Assembly: GCA_026985555.1 (NCBI GenBank)
Contig: JALSQF010000003.1
Location: forward strand, 62,605 to 126,604
From: Candidatus Moraniibacteriota bacterium
GTDB taxonomy: Bacteria; Patescibacteriota; Minisyncoccia; Moranbacterales; UBA9337
DNA: 64,000 nt
Direction: 5' to 3'
Shown piece after piece: positions 9,801 through 18,670 of the stretch. The notes beneath the pieces are model-generated. The model saw nothing but the letters and a program-made list of their open reading frames with translations, made no database searches and was not told the origin of the DNA. The translations under genes were made by a program, and so were the position numbers. Each line of letters opens with the position of its first letter. Position 1 is the first letter of the stretch.

Positions 9801-11855
9801 AGCGCTTTGCAAGGCGAGTATAATGGAAAATCAATTTTATCATATCTTGGCAAAGAGAAAGATCCTCAAATGCCAGCAGGTGTATTTTTAAAATTTTTAG
9901 AAAGTGATATAAATTTAGAGATAAAAGAAGCTGAAAGTATTATTCCTCAAAAAGCGGAAAATATTTTTGAAGAAAGTGGCATTGATCCAGTGGAATTATA
10001 CATTATTGCAGGACAAGGAAATGTTTCCGATGAAGACGTAATTAAAGTATTAAAAGAAAGACGAAAAAATAAGAAAGAAATTAGTTTAAATACAAGAGAA
10101 CTTATTGAAGAACAAATTAAAAAAGAAATTAGAGGACAATCCTCAGAAGAAGGAATTTATGTGAGGGAGATTTTTCAAAATGTTGGGGATGCAGTTTTAA
10201 AACAAAATCCAAATGTTTCTGAAAGAAATCAATTTAATATTTCTATTTGGCAAGAACAAGATACGAAAACAAACCAGTTATTTTTTGTAGAAAAATATGA
10301 AGATCATGGAATTGGTATTTCTTCTTTGGCTACTCTTTTAGTGGCTAAAATAAATAATAAAAAAGATGGAGATGCTGGATATTTCGGCAGTGGTTTTTTG
10401 TCTACTATGGAAGATGGGGATATTTTAGAAATAAAAACATCAACAGGAAATGGAGAAACAAAATATATTCAAATTAAAATTAAAAAAGGAGATGATCAAA
10501 AAGGAGTTGGATTTGATATTACTCAATATAAAAAAATAAATGAATCTTATCAAGGGACAACTATTATTAGAAAAACAGAGATGAATAAAAGCAAAATTAC
10601 GGAACTTGAGTTTGGGTTACTGGAAGCAAATATATTAAAAAACACTGCACTCTGGCAGGTTGATTTAGGCGACGGACAGCATATTGAGACATATCTTAAT
10701 GGCACGAAGATAGAAAAGCAAAGTATTACAAAGCAAGCGGAAACTTTTGAGCTTGATGGACAAGAGTATATGGTTAAACTGGAGCAAGGAAAATTTTCTC
10801 AAGTAGCACACGGAGATGGATTACGAATGAGTAATCTTGAACAGCGGTATTTGGAATTGGTTCCTAAACAAATTCAAGATATTTTTAAGGATTTAAATTT
10901 ATCAATAGTTTTAGATAAAAAGCTTCCTTTAATTAAAGATAGAAGTAGATTAGCTCAAGAGCAAAAATTTTTAAAGAAAATCCAGAAGAGTATTGCTAGA
11001 GCATCTGTTAAAATAGTGGCAAAAGAATTGTTAACTTCTCGGCGTAAGTTTGTTGGGTGGTCGGATGATTATTTCAATAATCCAAATTATCACTTATCCT
11101 ATGATAATCAAGATGGTGAAAGGATTGTAAGGTTAGCTAAACAACTTAATTCAGGAGCTGAATTATCAGATAGTGACTGGCAATGGCTTTCTGATGAAAA
11201 TGATTCAACATCAAAATTAGCTCGTTTAGTTGTTTTAGTAGAAGTGGATTATCAAAAAGAAAAAGTAACCTTGCATAATGAAAGAATAAAGATGTTGCAA
11301 AGAATTCAAGAAGAGATACAAGATAGTAAATTGTTCGCTATTTTACAAAAAGAAAAGGCAAGTTTAGAAAATACTTACACTTCACTATCAAGTAGTAATG
11401 CAAATGTTTATAGTAATATTTTTCCTTCATTTAAGAAGAGCATGATTGTTGCTATGGCAAACTTAGAACAGAGTGAGAATAAGGTTGATGATAATAATTT
11501 AAATCAATCGGAGAAAAAAAGATTAAATTCTTTAAAAGAAATCATTGCTTTACTTTATGGAAATAGGTTAAAAATTGAAGTAATAGAAAATAGCAAAAAA
11601 GCTGGTTATTTTCAAAGAAATCCACTGGGTAAAGATATTTTTGCAATTAATAGAATTATTTTAAATTCTTCCACAAAAAATCTAATAAAAACAGTTGTCC
11701 ATGAGTTAGCTCATTATGAAGAAGGAACCGAAAATCATGGATATAATTTTTCACATCAGGTAAAGGGTGTATTTGGGGATAAATATCGCGAAGTTTGTAA
11801 TTCTTTGTTAGGTTTAATTATTCAAAAGACTCCAATTTTGAAGCAAACTTTATGA
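6834..11855 (+). CDS. Large protein with two GHKL ATPase domains, internal repeats and C-terminal HExxH motif
   Basis: EAVSNALDA/GEKGLG/DGGVGM; EIFQNVGDA/DHGIG/GYFGSG/GTT; HELAH near C-terminus. Confidence 0.7.
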   Translation: MEQIKFFKKPKNLEAGEELFKLFENKDSIFLDALNKVIQGKDWVDEQKNRVNNFSGSLQDYLKLTEINGVSRVGALKILKGLLKEIRKSKKEAISDVEKKKQIYLPLSYIEKINLSEIDLQEGDLWKAYQEFWNSLPDEEKKFYKFKDEIVISRQSPDAKKQAVVEAVSNALDAMRNVQIGEKGLGIKQLLSYVDDGGEIIIKSKKDGDRARLLNIKKGADNDYYSSIKNIDNFPSTSGTIVSVKLKKELTPERIKEIEKQIKYTFRLTLGAQLILNGEVINNYQKIKNLKGKTASEYESTKIVRVDIKNDKIQIIDGGVGMDAKTLSTMFVPRAGTKKMAIKKDKSFPEVWLLEDEVNQGKVFFSRGNEILEDADLKNSKYLNYSQNGLLLEGPNFRVPESRQGIFLDETFLNTINKIVTEILNSNKLAQEKAQLLNSILIYLDEQMQKKNLGDKQKNKEQNSEILTHIKKIKKQAQPLIQELQQEYILLPNHQKWQNLDLDNSKSNKELFYLNERLFDFKIESIPGVERAEYFRGAKVYGVDFKELDLKDNKFIEYRGSYLFDKRVLQIYEQETDDFKKESLEELIELSLNPIITSYDEKEIHILRKILIKKQSVKKNNKEKQREQVETIQNSVLSDLFLKEYKELNKKMGTCHEVTYLENGLFGLRFEKGFVLLDKNSQEKMSIDNMGACYEVTQLENGLIGLGFEHGFVLLDQNSQEKMRIDDMGNCFWLTSLENGLIGLGFEHGFVLLDQNSQEKMRIDDMGNCFWLTSLENGLIGLRFEDGFQTLDYYHFSQKIIGQVNENELVVQIKNIINSLDDSLIDKTDIEEILISRVRNKLKEIEKNEQDFEGINNLLSKPEQLSQVFSYLQKKEQQFQEYQISTYLRNTILSLMTDPKTTEQLFSKLEDNSLQVEMVLSIQKFKLLENNIEEFSNLLKDIDNLYERNFFYSIVDKYLNNIDKSKQDIGLLLDKLSRIKQASIFTTFKSALQGEYNGKSILSYLGKEKDPQMPAGVFLKFLESDINLEIKEAESIIPQKAENIFEESGIDPVELYIIAGQGNVSDEDVIKVLKERRKNKKEISLNTRELIEEQIKKEIRGQSSEEGIYVREIFQNVGDAVLKQNPNVSERNQFNISIWQEQDTKTNQLFFVEKYEDHGIGISSLATLLVAKINNKKDGDAGYFGSGFLSTMEDGDILEIKTSTGNGETKYIQIKIKKGDDQKGVGFDITQYKKINESYQGTTIIRKTEMNKSKITELEFGLLEANILKNTALWQVDLGDGQHIETYLNGTKIEKQSITKQAETFELDGQEYMVKLEQGKFSQVAHGDGLRMSNLEQRYLELVPKQIQDIFKDLNLSIVLDKKLPLIKDRSRLAQEQKFLKKIQKSIARASVKIVAKELLTSRRKFVGWSDDYFNNPNYHLSYDNQDGERIVRLAKQLNSGAELSDSDWQWLSDENDSTSKLARLVVLVEVDYQKEKVTLHNERIKMLQRIQEEIQDSKLFAILQKEKASLENTYTSLSSSNANVYSNIFPSFKKSMIVAMANLEQSENKVDDNNLNQSEKKRLNSLKEIIALLYGNRLKIEVIENSKKAGYFQRNPLGKDIFAINRIILNSSTKNLIKTVVHELAHYEEGTENHGYNFSHQVKGVFGDKYREVCNSLLGLIIQKTPILKQTL
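8787..9212 (+). repeat. Intragenic 114-bp (38-aa) tandem repeat, about 3.7 copies
   Basis: Units start at 8787, 8901, 9015 and 9129 (MGxCxxxTxLENGLxGLxFExGFVLLD...). Confidence 0.95.
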
Positions 11856-11889
11856 TTTTAGTTAGAATTTTTTTAACTTAGTGTATAGT

Positions 11890-11938
11890 AAGCAAAAGTT
11901 TTAGATACTTATGGTAAAAAAACTAAATTTAAAAAATG
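11890..11938 (+). repeat. Direct repeat of the GNAT gene 3' end (partner 12488-12535)
   Basis: AAAAGTTTTAGATACTTATGGTAAAAAA...AATTTAAAAAATG present at both sites. Confidence 0.85.
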
Positions 11939-12009
11939 ATTACAAAAAAATATGATACAGACAAGTAAAAAAGATTTATATTAATTTACAATATATCAAA
12001 TAGCAACAT

Positions 12010-12543
12010 ATGGAGAAACAAATTGAAATTTCAAGAGAAAAAAATGAACAAGGCGGGCAATTTGAATTGTTGAAACCAAATCAATTGCGGGATATAATAT
12101 ATCAAGACAAAAATTGGCCTGTAGATAATAGATTTTTTAGCACAGAAGAAGGAGGGGTTTTTAGATTTTTTTCACCAAGAGTATTCACTAGGCGTGATTT
12201 AAATGAATATAAATTTCCGGTAATTAAAGAAGATAGTCTGATTGTAGCGTTAGGGGTATTAGAAAAATCACCTTATAATGAAAATATTATATGGGTTAAA
12301 AGTGTTGCTGTTGATAAAAAATTTAGAGGAAAAGGATATGGCAAAAAAATAGTTGATGGTATATTTCAATATGCTCAAGACAATAATTTCATCTTGCAAT
12401 TATCTTCATTTACGGATGAGCGCAAACATAAAGAAAGTAATAGTAGGATAAAATATATTACTCAAGAAATTATGAGAAAATATCCACAAGTAAAAGTTTT
12501 AGATACTTATGGTAAAAAATTGAATTTAAAAAATGGAAATTAA
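12010..12543 (+). CDS. GNAT family N-acetyltransferase
   Basis: VAVDKKFRGKGYGK acetyl-CoA motif A. Confidence 0.9.
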   Translation: MEKQIEISREKNEQGGQFELLKPNQLRDIIYQDKNWPVDNRFFSTEEGGVFRFFSPRVFTRRDLNEYKFPVIKEDSLIVALGVLEKSPYNENIIWVKSVAVDKKFRGKGYGKKIVDGIFQYAQDNNFILQLSSFTDERKHKESNSRIKYITQEIMRKYPQVKVLDTYGKKLNLKNGN

Positions 12544-13100
12544 AACACTCTGAGAATAATTTAGAAAAATTTGGGGTGATGAAAATTATTATTAGAGAAT
12601 TATTATAGAAGAGAATATTTTTGGCAATTTGTGCCATTAAAAAATGCATTTAAAGATAAAAGCAAACATATAGATAAAGAATTAAAAAAATAGTTAGGAA
12701 TTTCTCCACTTTTTACTAGTGTGATGATTTTAAATTATAATTTAAAGAATGCGTCAATTTGGTAAAAAAAATACAAAAAAATAAAAATGATTTACAACTT
12801 GTTAAAAAAAATAATATTATAAAACTACACACCATCCAAATAAAAATAAAAGTTTATGAGTAAGCAAATAAAAGTTATTGCTAGTGTAGTTATTTTATTA
12901 ATAACGGTATTTAAAGAAACAAAATTTTTTTAAGTATGCTATTTATAAAACAAAAAGAAAAACCTAAAAATTTTATTTTAAATAAACCATATTGGATTAT
13001 AATGAAAAGAGCTAACTCTTTAAATTCTTATTTTATTTTAGGAGTAAGAAACTTACAATTGATGGATGTTAAAAAAAATAAAAGCAATAGATTAATTTTT

Positions 13101-13688
13101 TTATTGTAATTTTTTATAAGTCATCTTTTTAAGATTTTTCCACCACTCAGTAAAAGTCGTTTGCTTCATTTCTTGTATAATTTGTTTAGCGGAAGTAGTT
13201 TCTAAAGCTTTTTCTACATTATCAATCCAATTTTGAGCAGAATAATAGCCAAGATCTAAATATTCTTTGGCTTGAAAAGCAGTTTCTAACCAATCGGCAT
13301 CTTTAGATATAATTCCTTCGGGAGTGTTTCTTTTTTCAAATTCATTAAAATATTCTTTCCACTTTCTTTCAATTTGTTCTCCTAAATCTGATATTTGTTC
13401 TTGAAAAGCTTTTTCTTCTGCTTCTTTTTTGGAAAAATAGCGAGCAGAAACTTTATTTTGATCGCCAATTCTAGCTTCTACATTGTCGTGTATAATCAAC
13501 ATAGTAGCTACTTTTTCTGCATTGGCATTTTCCATTGTGGCTAAAATATAACCAATTTGAGCAGCTCTTAAAGAGTGTTCAGCTACAGAAGGCGGATTAT
13601 TAACTCCAGCTAAATACCAGCCACTGGTTTTTCTCTGTTTGAGTTGATTGATTTCAAAGATGAAATTAACTATTTTTTTTATGTTCAT
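13101..13688 (-). CDS. HD-domain hydrolase (YfbR/HDDC2-like)
   Basis: SVAEHS, IIHD, GD and KDADWLE motifs. Confidence 0.88.
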   Translation of the reverse strand: MNIKKIVNFIFEINQLKQRKTSGWYLAGVNNPPSVAEHSLRAAQIGYILATMENANAEKVATMLIIHDNVEARIGDQNKVSARYFSKKEAEEKAFQEQISDLGEQIERKWKEYFNEFEKRNTPEGIISKDADWLETAFQAKEYLDLGYYSAQNWIDNVEKALETTSAKQIIQEMKQTTFTEWWKNLKKMTYKKLQ

Positions 13689-13705
13689 AAATTTAAAATA
13701 AGTTA

Positions 13706-14149
13706 TTATTTACCCATAATTTGAAGCGCTATTTGACGTTGACGAGAACGATCTAATTCAATAAAAAAGATTCTTTGCCAAGTACCTAATTGTAACTCAT
13801 TATTAACAATGTTTAGTAAGACAGAGGTAGGCAAATGAATAGCTTTATTGTGAGCGTGTCCATTAGCGCATTCTCCATCACACATATTAACTGTTCTGAT
13901 TTCAAAATTATCGTGTTGATAATTATAATTTTGAGGAGCTAATTTATTCAGTAAGTTTTTCATATCTTCTATTAAAAGAGGTTCAGCTTCATTAACAATA
14001 ACAGCAGTGGTTGTGTGTAAAGTTTGTATGTTGATAAGACCATTTTTAATGTTAGCTTCTTTTATTTTGCTTTGAATTTTATCTGTAATATCAATAAACT
14101 CTAAAGTTTCTTTAGTTGTTAATTTAATTATCTGGTTTTTAATTTGCAT
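13706..14149 (-). CDS. yjbQ: YjbQ/UPF0047 family protein
   Basis: HTT, NE, NGHAH and LGTWQRIFFIELD motifs. Confidence 0.9.
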   Translation of the reverse strand: MQIKNQIIKLTTKETLEFIDITDKIQSKIKEANIKNGLINIQTLHTTTAVIVNEAEPLLIEDMKNLLNKLAPQNYNYQHDNFEIRTVNMCDGECANGHAHNKAIHLPTSVLLNIVNNELQLGTWQRIFFIELDRSRQRQIALQIMGK

Positions 14150-14286
14150 AATTGGTTTATTATTAACTAAAGATGATAAAAATATTTTAGCATAAAATAA
14201 ATAAAAATACTATGCATTTGAATCATTAAATTAACCGTAAAATAGAGCATTCAAAATGATTTAAAGGATAGAGATTTTAAAAAATC

Positions 14287-14334
14287 TTCTGGCTATTTAA
14301 ATATCCATTTAAATGGATATTTAAATAGCCAGAA
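14287..14334. repeat. 48-bp perfect palindrome, copy 2
   Basis: Identical core; extends by one C/G pair. Confidence 0.98.
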
Positions 14335-14404
14335 GGCAAAGAAAACTTGATTTTTTAAATTGATTTATTTAAGTTTAAATAAACTATTAAAGGAGGAATA
14401 TGCA

Positions 14405-14641
14405 ATGAAAAAAATAGTTTCCTTGACAGAGAGAATAAAAAAAGAGAACGAAATGGATGAAGATTTAACTGTTCTTTTAAAAAGAGCGCAAAGATTAAAA
14501 AAGAAACAGCTAGTGGAATATTATGGAGATATCATTTTAATTAAGGATGATCTGGAAAAATTTTTAACGAAAGAAATTAATGGTTATTTAATTAACGAAA
14601 GACTAATTAAGCATAGTTTTTTTGCGCAGGTATTTATTTAG
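14405..14641 (+). CDS. Hypothetical protein (SD-led; possibly 5' half of a split gene)
   Basis: AAGGAGG upstream of ATG 14405. Confidence 0.5.
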   Translation: MKKIVSLTERIKKENEMDEDLTVLLKRAQRLKKKQLVEYYGDIILIKDDLEKFLTKEINGYLINERLIKHSFFAQVFI

Positions 14642-14688
14642 CAAAATTAATAACTAAATTTTTACATTCTAACTTAAAAAGTTATTAC

Positions 14689-14943
14689 GTGGTTGATTTT
14701 TTAATGGAAGCCGAGGAAAAAAAATCTAGTTTGGCATTACAAAAAGGAGGAGACTTTTGTTTATTAATGTTAATTTTCTTTCCAGAATTAGCTTGTTGTA
14801 AAGGAAAAACGCCTAAATATGTTTTTACATTAGGCAAAACTTTTTATTACAATTTTTATTTAACAAGTGAGAATGTAATAGGATATTATTTGTCTTCTAA
14901 TTTTTTAGAATTAATTCAAATAGGAAAAAATATCATTCAATAA
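14689..14943 (+). CDS. Hypothetical protein (possibly 3' half of a split gene)
   Basis: GDFCLL..FFPE...LGKTFY segment; no SD; different frame from the upstream ORF. Confidence 0.45.
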   Translation: MVDFLMEAEEKKSSLALQKGGDFCLLMLIFFPELACCKGKTPKYVFTLGKTFYYNFYLTSENVIGYYLSSNFLELIQIGKNIIQ

Positions 14944-14987
14944 CTAAAAAGCGGTTTAAAGCCACTTTTTTAATATTGAAGATATTT

Positions 14988-16619
14988 TTAAAGATAATAT
15001 TCTTTTTTTATTTCTTGGTCTGTTTTTTCTTTTTCTGAATTTATTTTTTGGCGAGCAATTTGGCGCAGTGTTTTTAAATCTTTTTTTTGAAGTTGGCGAG
15101 CATAATTTAAAAGTTTCTCTTTTTGATTAAAGCGCGGATTTTCAAGAACCTTAGCTAAAAGTATCTCTAAAAGGGCGCCTACTATTGGACCAGGTTTTAT
15201 TTTTAATTTTTGAATAATATCATGGCCATTGATTTTAAGTTGTTTAACGGAAAGAGGATCATGAGAAAGTTTTTTTACCATATATTGAAAATGGCGCAAT
15301 TTATAAGGAACAGCTTTAGGAACACCGCTTCCTAAACGATCGCTGATCCTAACATCAATTAAATCATTAATATTTTCTAGGCCTACTTTTTGAATAACTC
15401 TTCTTACTCCGTGTTCTCCTACCTTATCAACATCGTAATAAAACATATGATTTTTTACCAACAAAACCGTTTTATCAATAATTTTACGAGGAAATTTCAA
15501 ACGTTCTAGGATTTTTTGGGTTATTCTAGCGCCTATGTATTCATGTCCATAGAAAGTAGCATAGTAGCCTTCTCCTTTTTTGGCTTGAGGTTTACCTATA
15601 TCATGAAGCCAAGCGGCTAAACGAACTTCTAATTTACGGGAGGGACATTTTTTTAAGCTAGCCAACATATGTTTATAGACGGTGTTATAGGGTCCGTAAT
15701 AATGATGGCGATTTTGTTTTATCCCAATGGTCTTATAAATTTCGGGAATAATATATTTCATTAAATTTGTTTCTACTAACAATTCTATTCCCCAAGCGGG
15801 ACGTTGAGATAAAATTATTTTTTCTAGTTCATCACGAATACGTTCCGAAGAAATATATTTTAAAAGGTGGCTATTTTTTTGAATAGCTGAAAAAGTTTCT
15901 TTTTCTATTCTCCAAAGATTTTTATTTAAAGACTGCTGGTTTTGTTTTCCTTGACCTTCTCTGTTTTTAAGAAAATCTAAACTATCTCCTTGGCTTAATT
16001 GAGAGGTAAATCTAATGGCGCGCATCATTCTTAAAGCATCTTCATTAAAGCGATCATTAGGGTTAGCAACAGTGCGAATAAGATGTTTTTTTAAATCTTT
16101 TTTTCCTTGATAAAGATCTATAATTTTAAATTGAGAAGGAGTAAAAATTTTTAAAGCCATAGCGTTAATGGTAAAATCTCTCCGACTTAAATCTTCCTTT
16201 AATGTTTGAGCAAAGCGAATTTTATCAGGACGGCGATAGTCAGAATAAGTTGATTCAATACGATAGGTAGTAATTTCAATATTTCCAGTTTGATCCCAAT
16301 CATTAGATTTGTTTGATTCCCCTCTTTTTCTTTTTGTATTTGAATTACCTTTTTGCTTTTTTTTCTGGAAAGTTTTTTCTTTTTTTGAGGGAATATATTT
16401 AACTGGCAATATTACTGTTCCAAAATTATTTTCATATTTTGCTTCTGGAAAAACTTTTAAAATATCTTTTGGTTTAGCGTTGGTGGTAATATCCCAATCT
16501 TGCGGTTCTTTATTTAAAAGTAAATCTCTTACGCATCCTCCCACCAAAAAAGCTTCCCAGCCAGCTTGTTCTAACTGAGACAGAGTAAATAATATTTTAG
16601 GTGGTATCTTATTAAGCAT
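14988..16619 (-). CDS. cca: CCA tRNA nucleotidyltransferase with HD domain
   Basis: VGGCVRD, DWDIT, RRDFTINA, EDALRMMRA, HDIGK; likely start MLNKIP. Confidence 0.92.
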   Translation of the reverse strand: MLNKIPPKILFTLSQLEQAGWEAFLVGGCVRDLLLNKEPQDWDITTNAKPKDILKVFPEAKYENNFGTVILPVKYIPSKKEKTFQKKKQKGNSNTKRKRGESNKSNDWDQTGNIEITTYRIESTYSDYRRPDKIRFAQTLKEDLSRRDFTINAMALKIFTPSQFKIIDLYQGKKDLKKHLIRTVANPNDRFNEDALRMMRAIRFTSQLSQGDSLDFLKNREGQGKQNQQSLNKNLWRIEKETFSAIQKNSHLLKYISSERIRDELEKIILSQRPAWGIELLVETNLMKYIIPEIYKTIGIKQNRHHYYGPYNTVYKHMLASLKKCPSRKLEVRLAAWLHDIGKPQAKKGEGYYATFYGHEYIGARITQKILERLKFPRKIIDKTVLLVKNHMFYYDVDKVGEHGVRRVIQKVGLENINDLIDVRISDRLGSGVPKAVPYKLRHFQYMVKKLSHDPLSVKQLKINGHDIIQKLKIKPGPIVGALLEILLAKVLENPRFNQKEKLLNYARQLQKKDLKTLRQIARQKINSEKEKTDQEIKKEYYL

Positions 16620-16639
16620 AATTTTATAGTAGCAAAGGC

Positions 16640-16668
16640 TTGACAAAAAGTAAATTGTAAAGTAGTAT
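16640..16668 (+). promoter_or_regulatory. sigma70-type promoter
   Basis: TTGACA-17 bp-TAGTAT. Confidence 0.6.
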
Positions 16669-16801
16669 TTTAAATCACGTTATACATAGAAGGACTTTAA
16701 AAATAAAAGAAAAAGAAAAGGAGGTGAAGAAGTGAAGTTTTAAAATTTAAAAAAATTTTTTTATTTTGAAATTTGAAAAAAACAAAAAAAGGAGGATTAT
16801 T

Positions 16802-17758
16802 ATGAAAAGATCGTTTATTTTATTTTCGTTTATTTTGATGTTGCCGGCTATAGTTTTAGCTGGTCAGGCCAATTCCTCTTCTTCTGCTACTGCCAATGTG
16901 GGAGTGATGGCGGGAGGAGGATCGGCCAGTAGTTTCGCCGAAGGAGGAACGGCGGTAACAAACACCAATGTTTCTCCTAACATTTCGCCTAATATTAATG
17001 TGGACGTGGGAGTTAATCCCAATATCTCTCCGTCCATAAATCCTAGTCAGACTGTTTCGCCACAGACAAGATCTTCTGTGGCCATAGATAGTCATGACAA
17101 AATTGAGAACATTAACCGGCAACTGCCGGGGTCTCCTTTACTGGGAGGACCTAATGCCATGGAATATTTTGGTCCATGGCAGTTGCCGAAAACCCCCTGG
17201 AACGTATTTAGTCCTTATTTGGGCAGGTATGAAGTGCAAAATCCTGCCATTAGGATTGAATACGAAAAACTCTGGAAACATTTTTATCGGAATTACGAGA
17301 ATGTTTCCAGTGTAACCCAAGTCCCCTGGGGATCTGTATCTACTCAGGGGATGGTATTGGTGGGAGAAATGGCAGTCGTTCTTCATAAGGAACAGACCAG
17401 TGAAGATGGACTGCAAATTGCCCGTTATTTAGCTTCTGAGAATGGAGCTGACCTAGTGGAGTTTACACTGGGTTGGAATCAGCAGTCGGAAGCAGGAGGC
17501 TGGCACGTGGGCACCGGAGCTGGTGCCACCGGTGTTGTTGGTCCCCAGGAAAAAGTCGGAGTGTCTGGTGCCGGAGGGACCGGCGTAGGACATTCCTGGG
17601 TAAAAATAGAAACCTGTCCTTTCGTGAAAGCCAGATTCTGGCGCACTAAAGGGCAGGAGATAAAGATAAAAAAGATTACGTTAGAGACTAATAAGTCTCT
17701 TAGGCGTAATCATGTTCAAGAAAAATTTAAGACAATAAGAAAGGAGGGTAAGCAATGA
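16802..17758 (+). CDS. Hypothetical secreted protein, Gly/Ser-rich with (N/S)xxP repeats
   Basis: AAGGAGG-ATTATT-ATG at 16802; signal peptide ending VLA; GC higher than flanking genes. Confidence 0.75.
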   Translation: MKRSFILFSFILMLPAIVLAGQANSSSSATANVGVMAGGGSASSFAEGGTAVTNTNVSPNISPNINVDVGVNPNISPSINPSQTVSPQTRSSVAIDSHDKIENINRQLPGSPLLGGPNAMEYFGPWQLPKTPWNVFSPYLGRYEVQNPAIRIEYEKLWKHFYRNYENVSSVTQVPWGSVSTQGMVLVGEMAVVLHKEQTSEDGLQIARYLASENGADLVEFTLGWNQQSEAGGWHVGTGAGATGVVGPQEKVGVSGAGGTGVGHSWVKIETCPFVKARFWRTKGQEIKIKKITLETNKSLRRNHVQEKFKTIRKEGKQ

Positions 17759-17883
17759 AAAAAATAAAAATTTTTATTTTGTGTTTAACGGCAACTCTTT
17801 TTCTCTCAGCCTGTGCTGGGGGAAAATACATTAATATTCAGCCCACTGCCCCTGTGGCAGGAACTGAAATTCCAGTGAAATAA
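17755..17883 (+). CDS. 42-aa lipoprotein (absent from the ORF track)
   Basis: AAGGAGG SD; ATGA overlap with upstream stop; MKKIKIFILCLTATLFLSACAGGK... with LSAC lipobox. Confidence 0.7.
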   Translation: MKKIKIFILCLTATLFLSACAGGKYINIQPTAPVAGTEIPVK

Positions 17884-17889
17884 AAAAAT

Positions 17890-17933
17890 AAAGAGGAAAG
17901 AAAATCCATTTAGGATTTACTTTCCTCTTTTTT
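17890..17933 (+). terminator. Hairpin terminator between convergent genes
   Basis: AAAGAGGAAAG...CTTTCCTCTTT followed by T-tract. Confidence 0.65.
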
Positions 17934-17954
17934 ATTTCACTAAAAAATAAAAAT

Positions 17955-17990
17955 AAAAAAGGAGGCCTATGTAAATACATAGTGCCTCCT
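17955..17990 (-). terminator. Terminator of the minus-strand secreted gene
   Basis: AGGAGGC(C)TATGT-AAAT-ACATAG(T)GCCTCCT with A-tract on the left. Confidence 0.65.
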
Positions 17991-18000
17991 GACCTGCTAA

Positions 18001-18546
18001 TTAATATGACACATTGACGCTAACCCCGCTGTTAAAATAAGAGTTAGCATTTCCGATGCTTTCAGCCCCGCCACCCGTTTGGGTGGTTATACTTACTCCG
18101 GGGGCAAAAACACCGGTGTAATTGTAGCCCTCTGTAAACCCAGCGGCGCGATGCTGGGTTTCTACGTATCCATTGGAACCGGCGTCCAGATAAATATTGA
18201 CGCCGTTGGTTCCAACGGTCCCTTTGAAACCATAAAAATTACTCTCTTCCGCAAAAACTGCGGAGCGAGAGTTACCCGTTCTGGCTCCGACTGTGGAGCC
18301 ATTCTGGTTTACCTCAACTCCTACTGGGAGATAATTTTCTCCCAGGATTACGCCTTGCTCGGCGTAATTATTTTGGGAAATAGAATTGATTACCGTAGGC
18401 ATGGGTCCGCCTACGGCCTCAATTCCGTTGTATGAGGAGGCACCGTTAAAAACGGTGACCCCCGTGGGCTGGGCCGCCAGGGCAAAACTGGCAAAACAGA
18501 AAATAGAAATTGAAAAAATTAAAGATAGAAAAAATTCCTTTTTCAT
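18001..18546 (-). CDS. Hypothetical secreted Gly/Asn/Ser-rich protein, GC-rich orphan
   Basis: SD AAGGAGG; signal peptide ending ALA; beta-strand-like composition. Confidence 0.75.
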   Translation of the reverse strand: MKKEFFLSLIFSISIFCFASFALAAQPTGVTVFNGASSYNGIEAVGGPMPTVINSISQNNYAEQGVILGENYLPVGVEVNQNGSTVGARTGNSRSAVFAEESNFYGFKGTVGTNGVNIYLDAGSNGYVETQHRAAGFTEGYNYTGVFAPGVSITTQTGGGAESIGNANSYFNSGVSVNVSY

Positions 18547-18670
18547 AGTATCCTCCTTTTCTTTTTTTGATTAACCTTAGCAAAAACAAATTGTTGTTTT
18601 TTTAAACCTCCTTTCTTGTTATTTTTTGCCTCGGTTAATCGTAATCGTTGTTAAATAACCTTTCAAAAGA

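Noticed and set aside
12545-13090. 550-bp gap with short ORF fragments
   Set aside because: No convincing ORF, repeat or structure; probably decayed sequence
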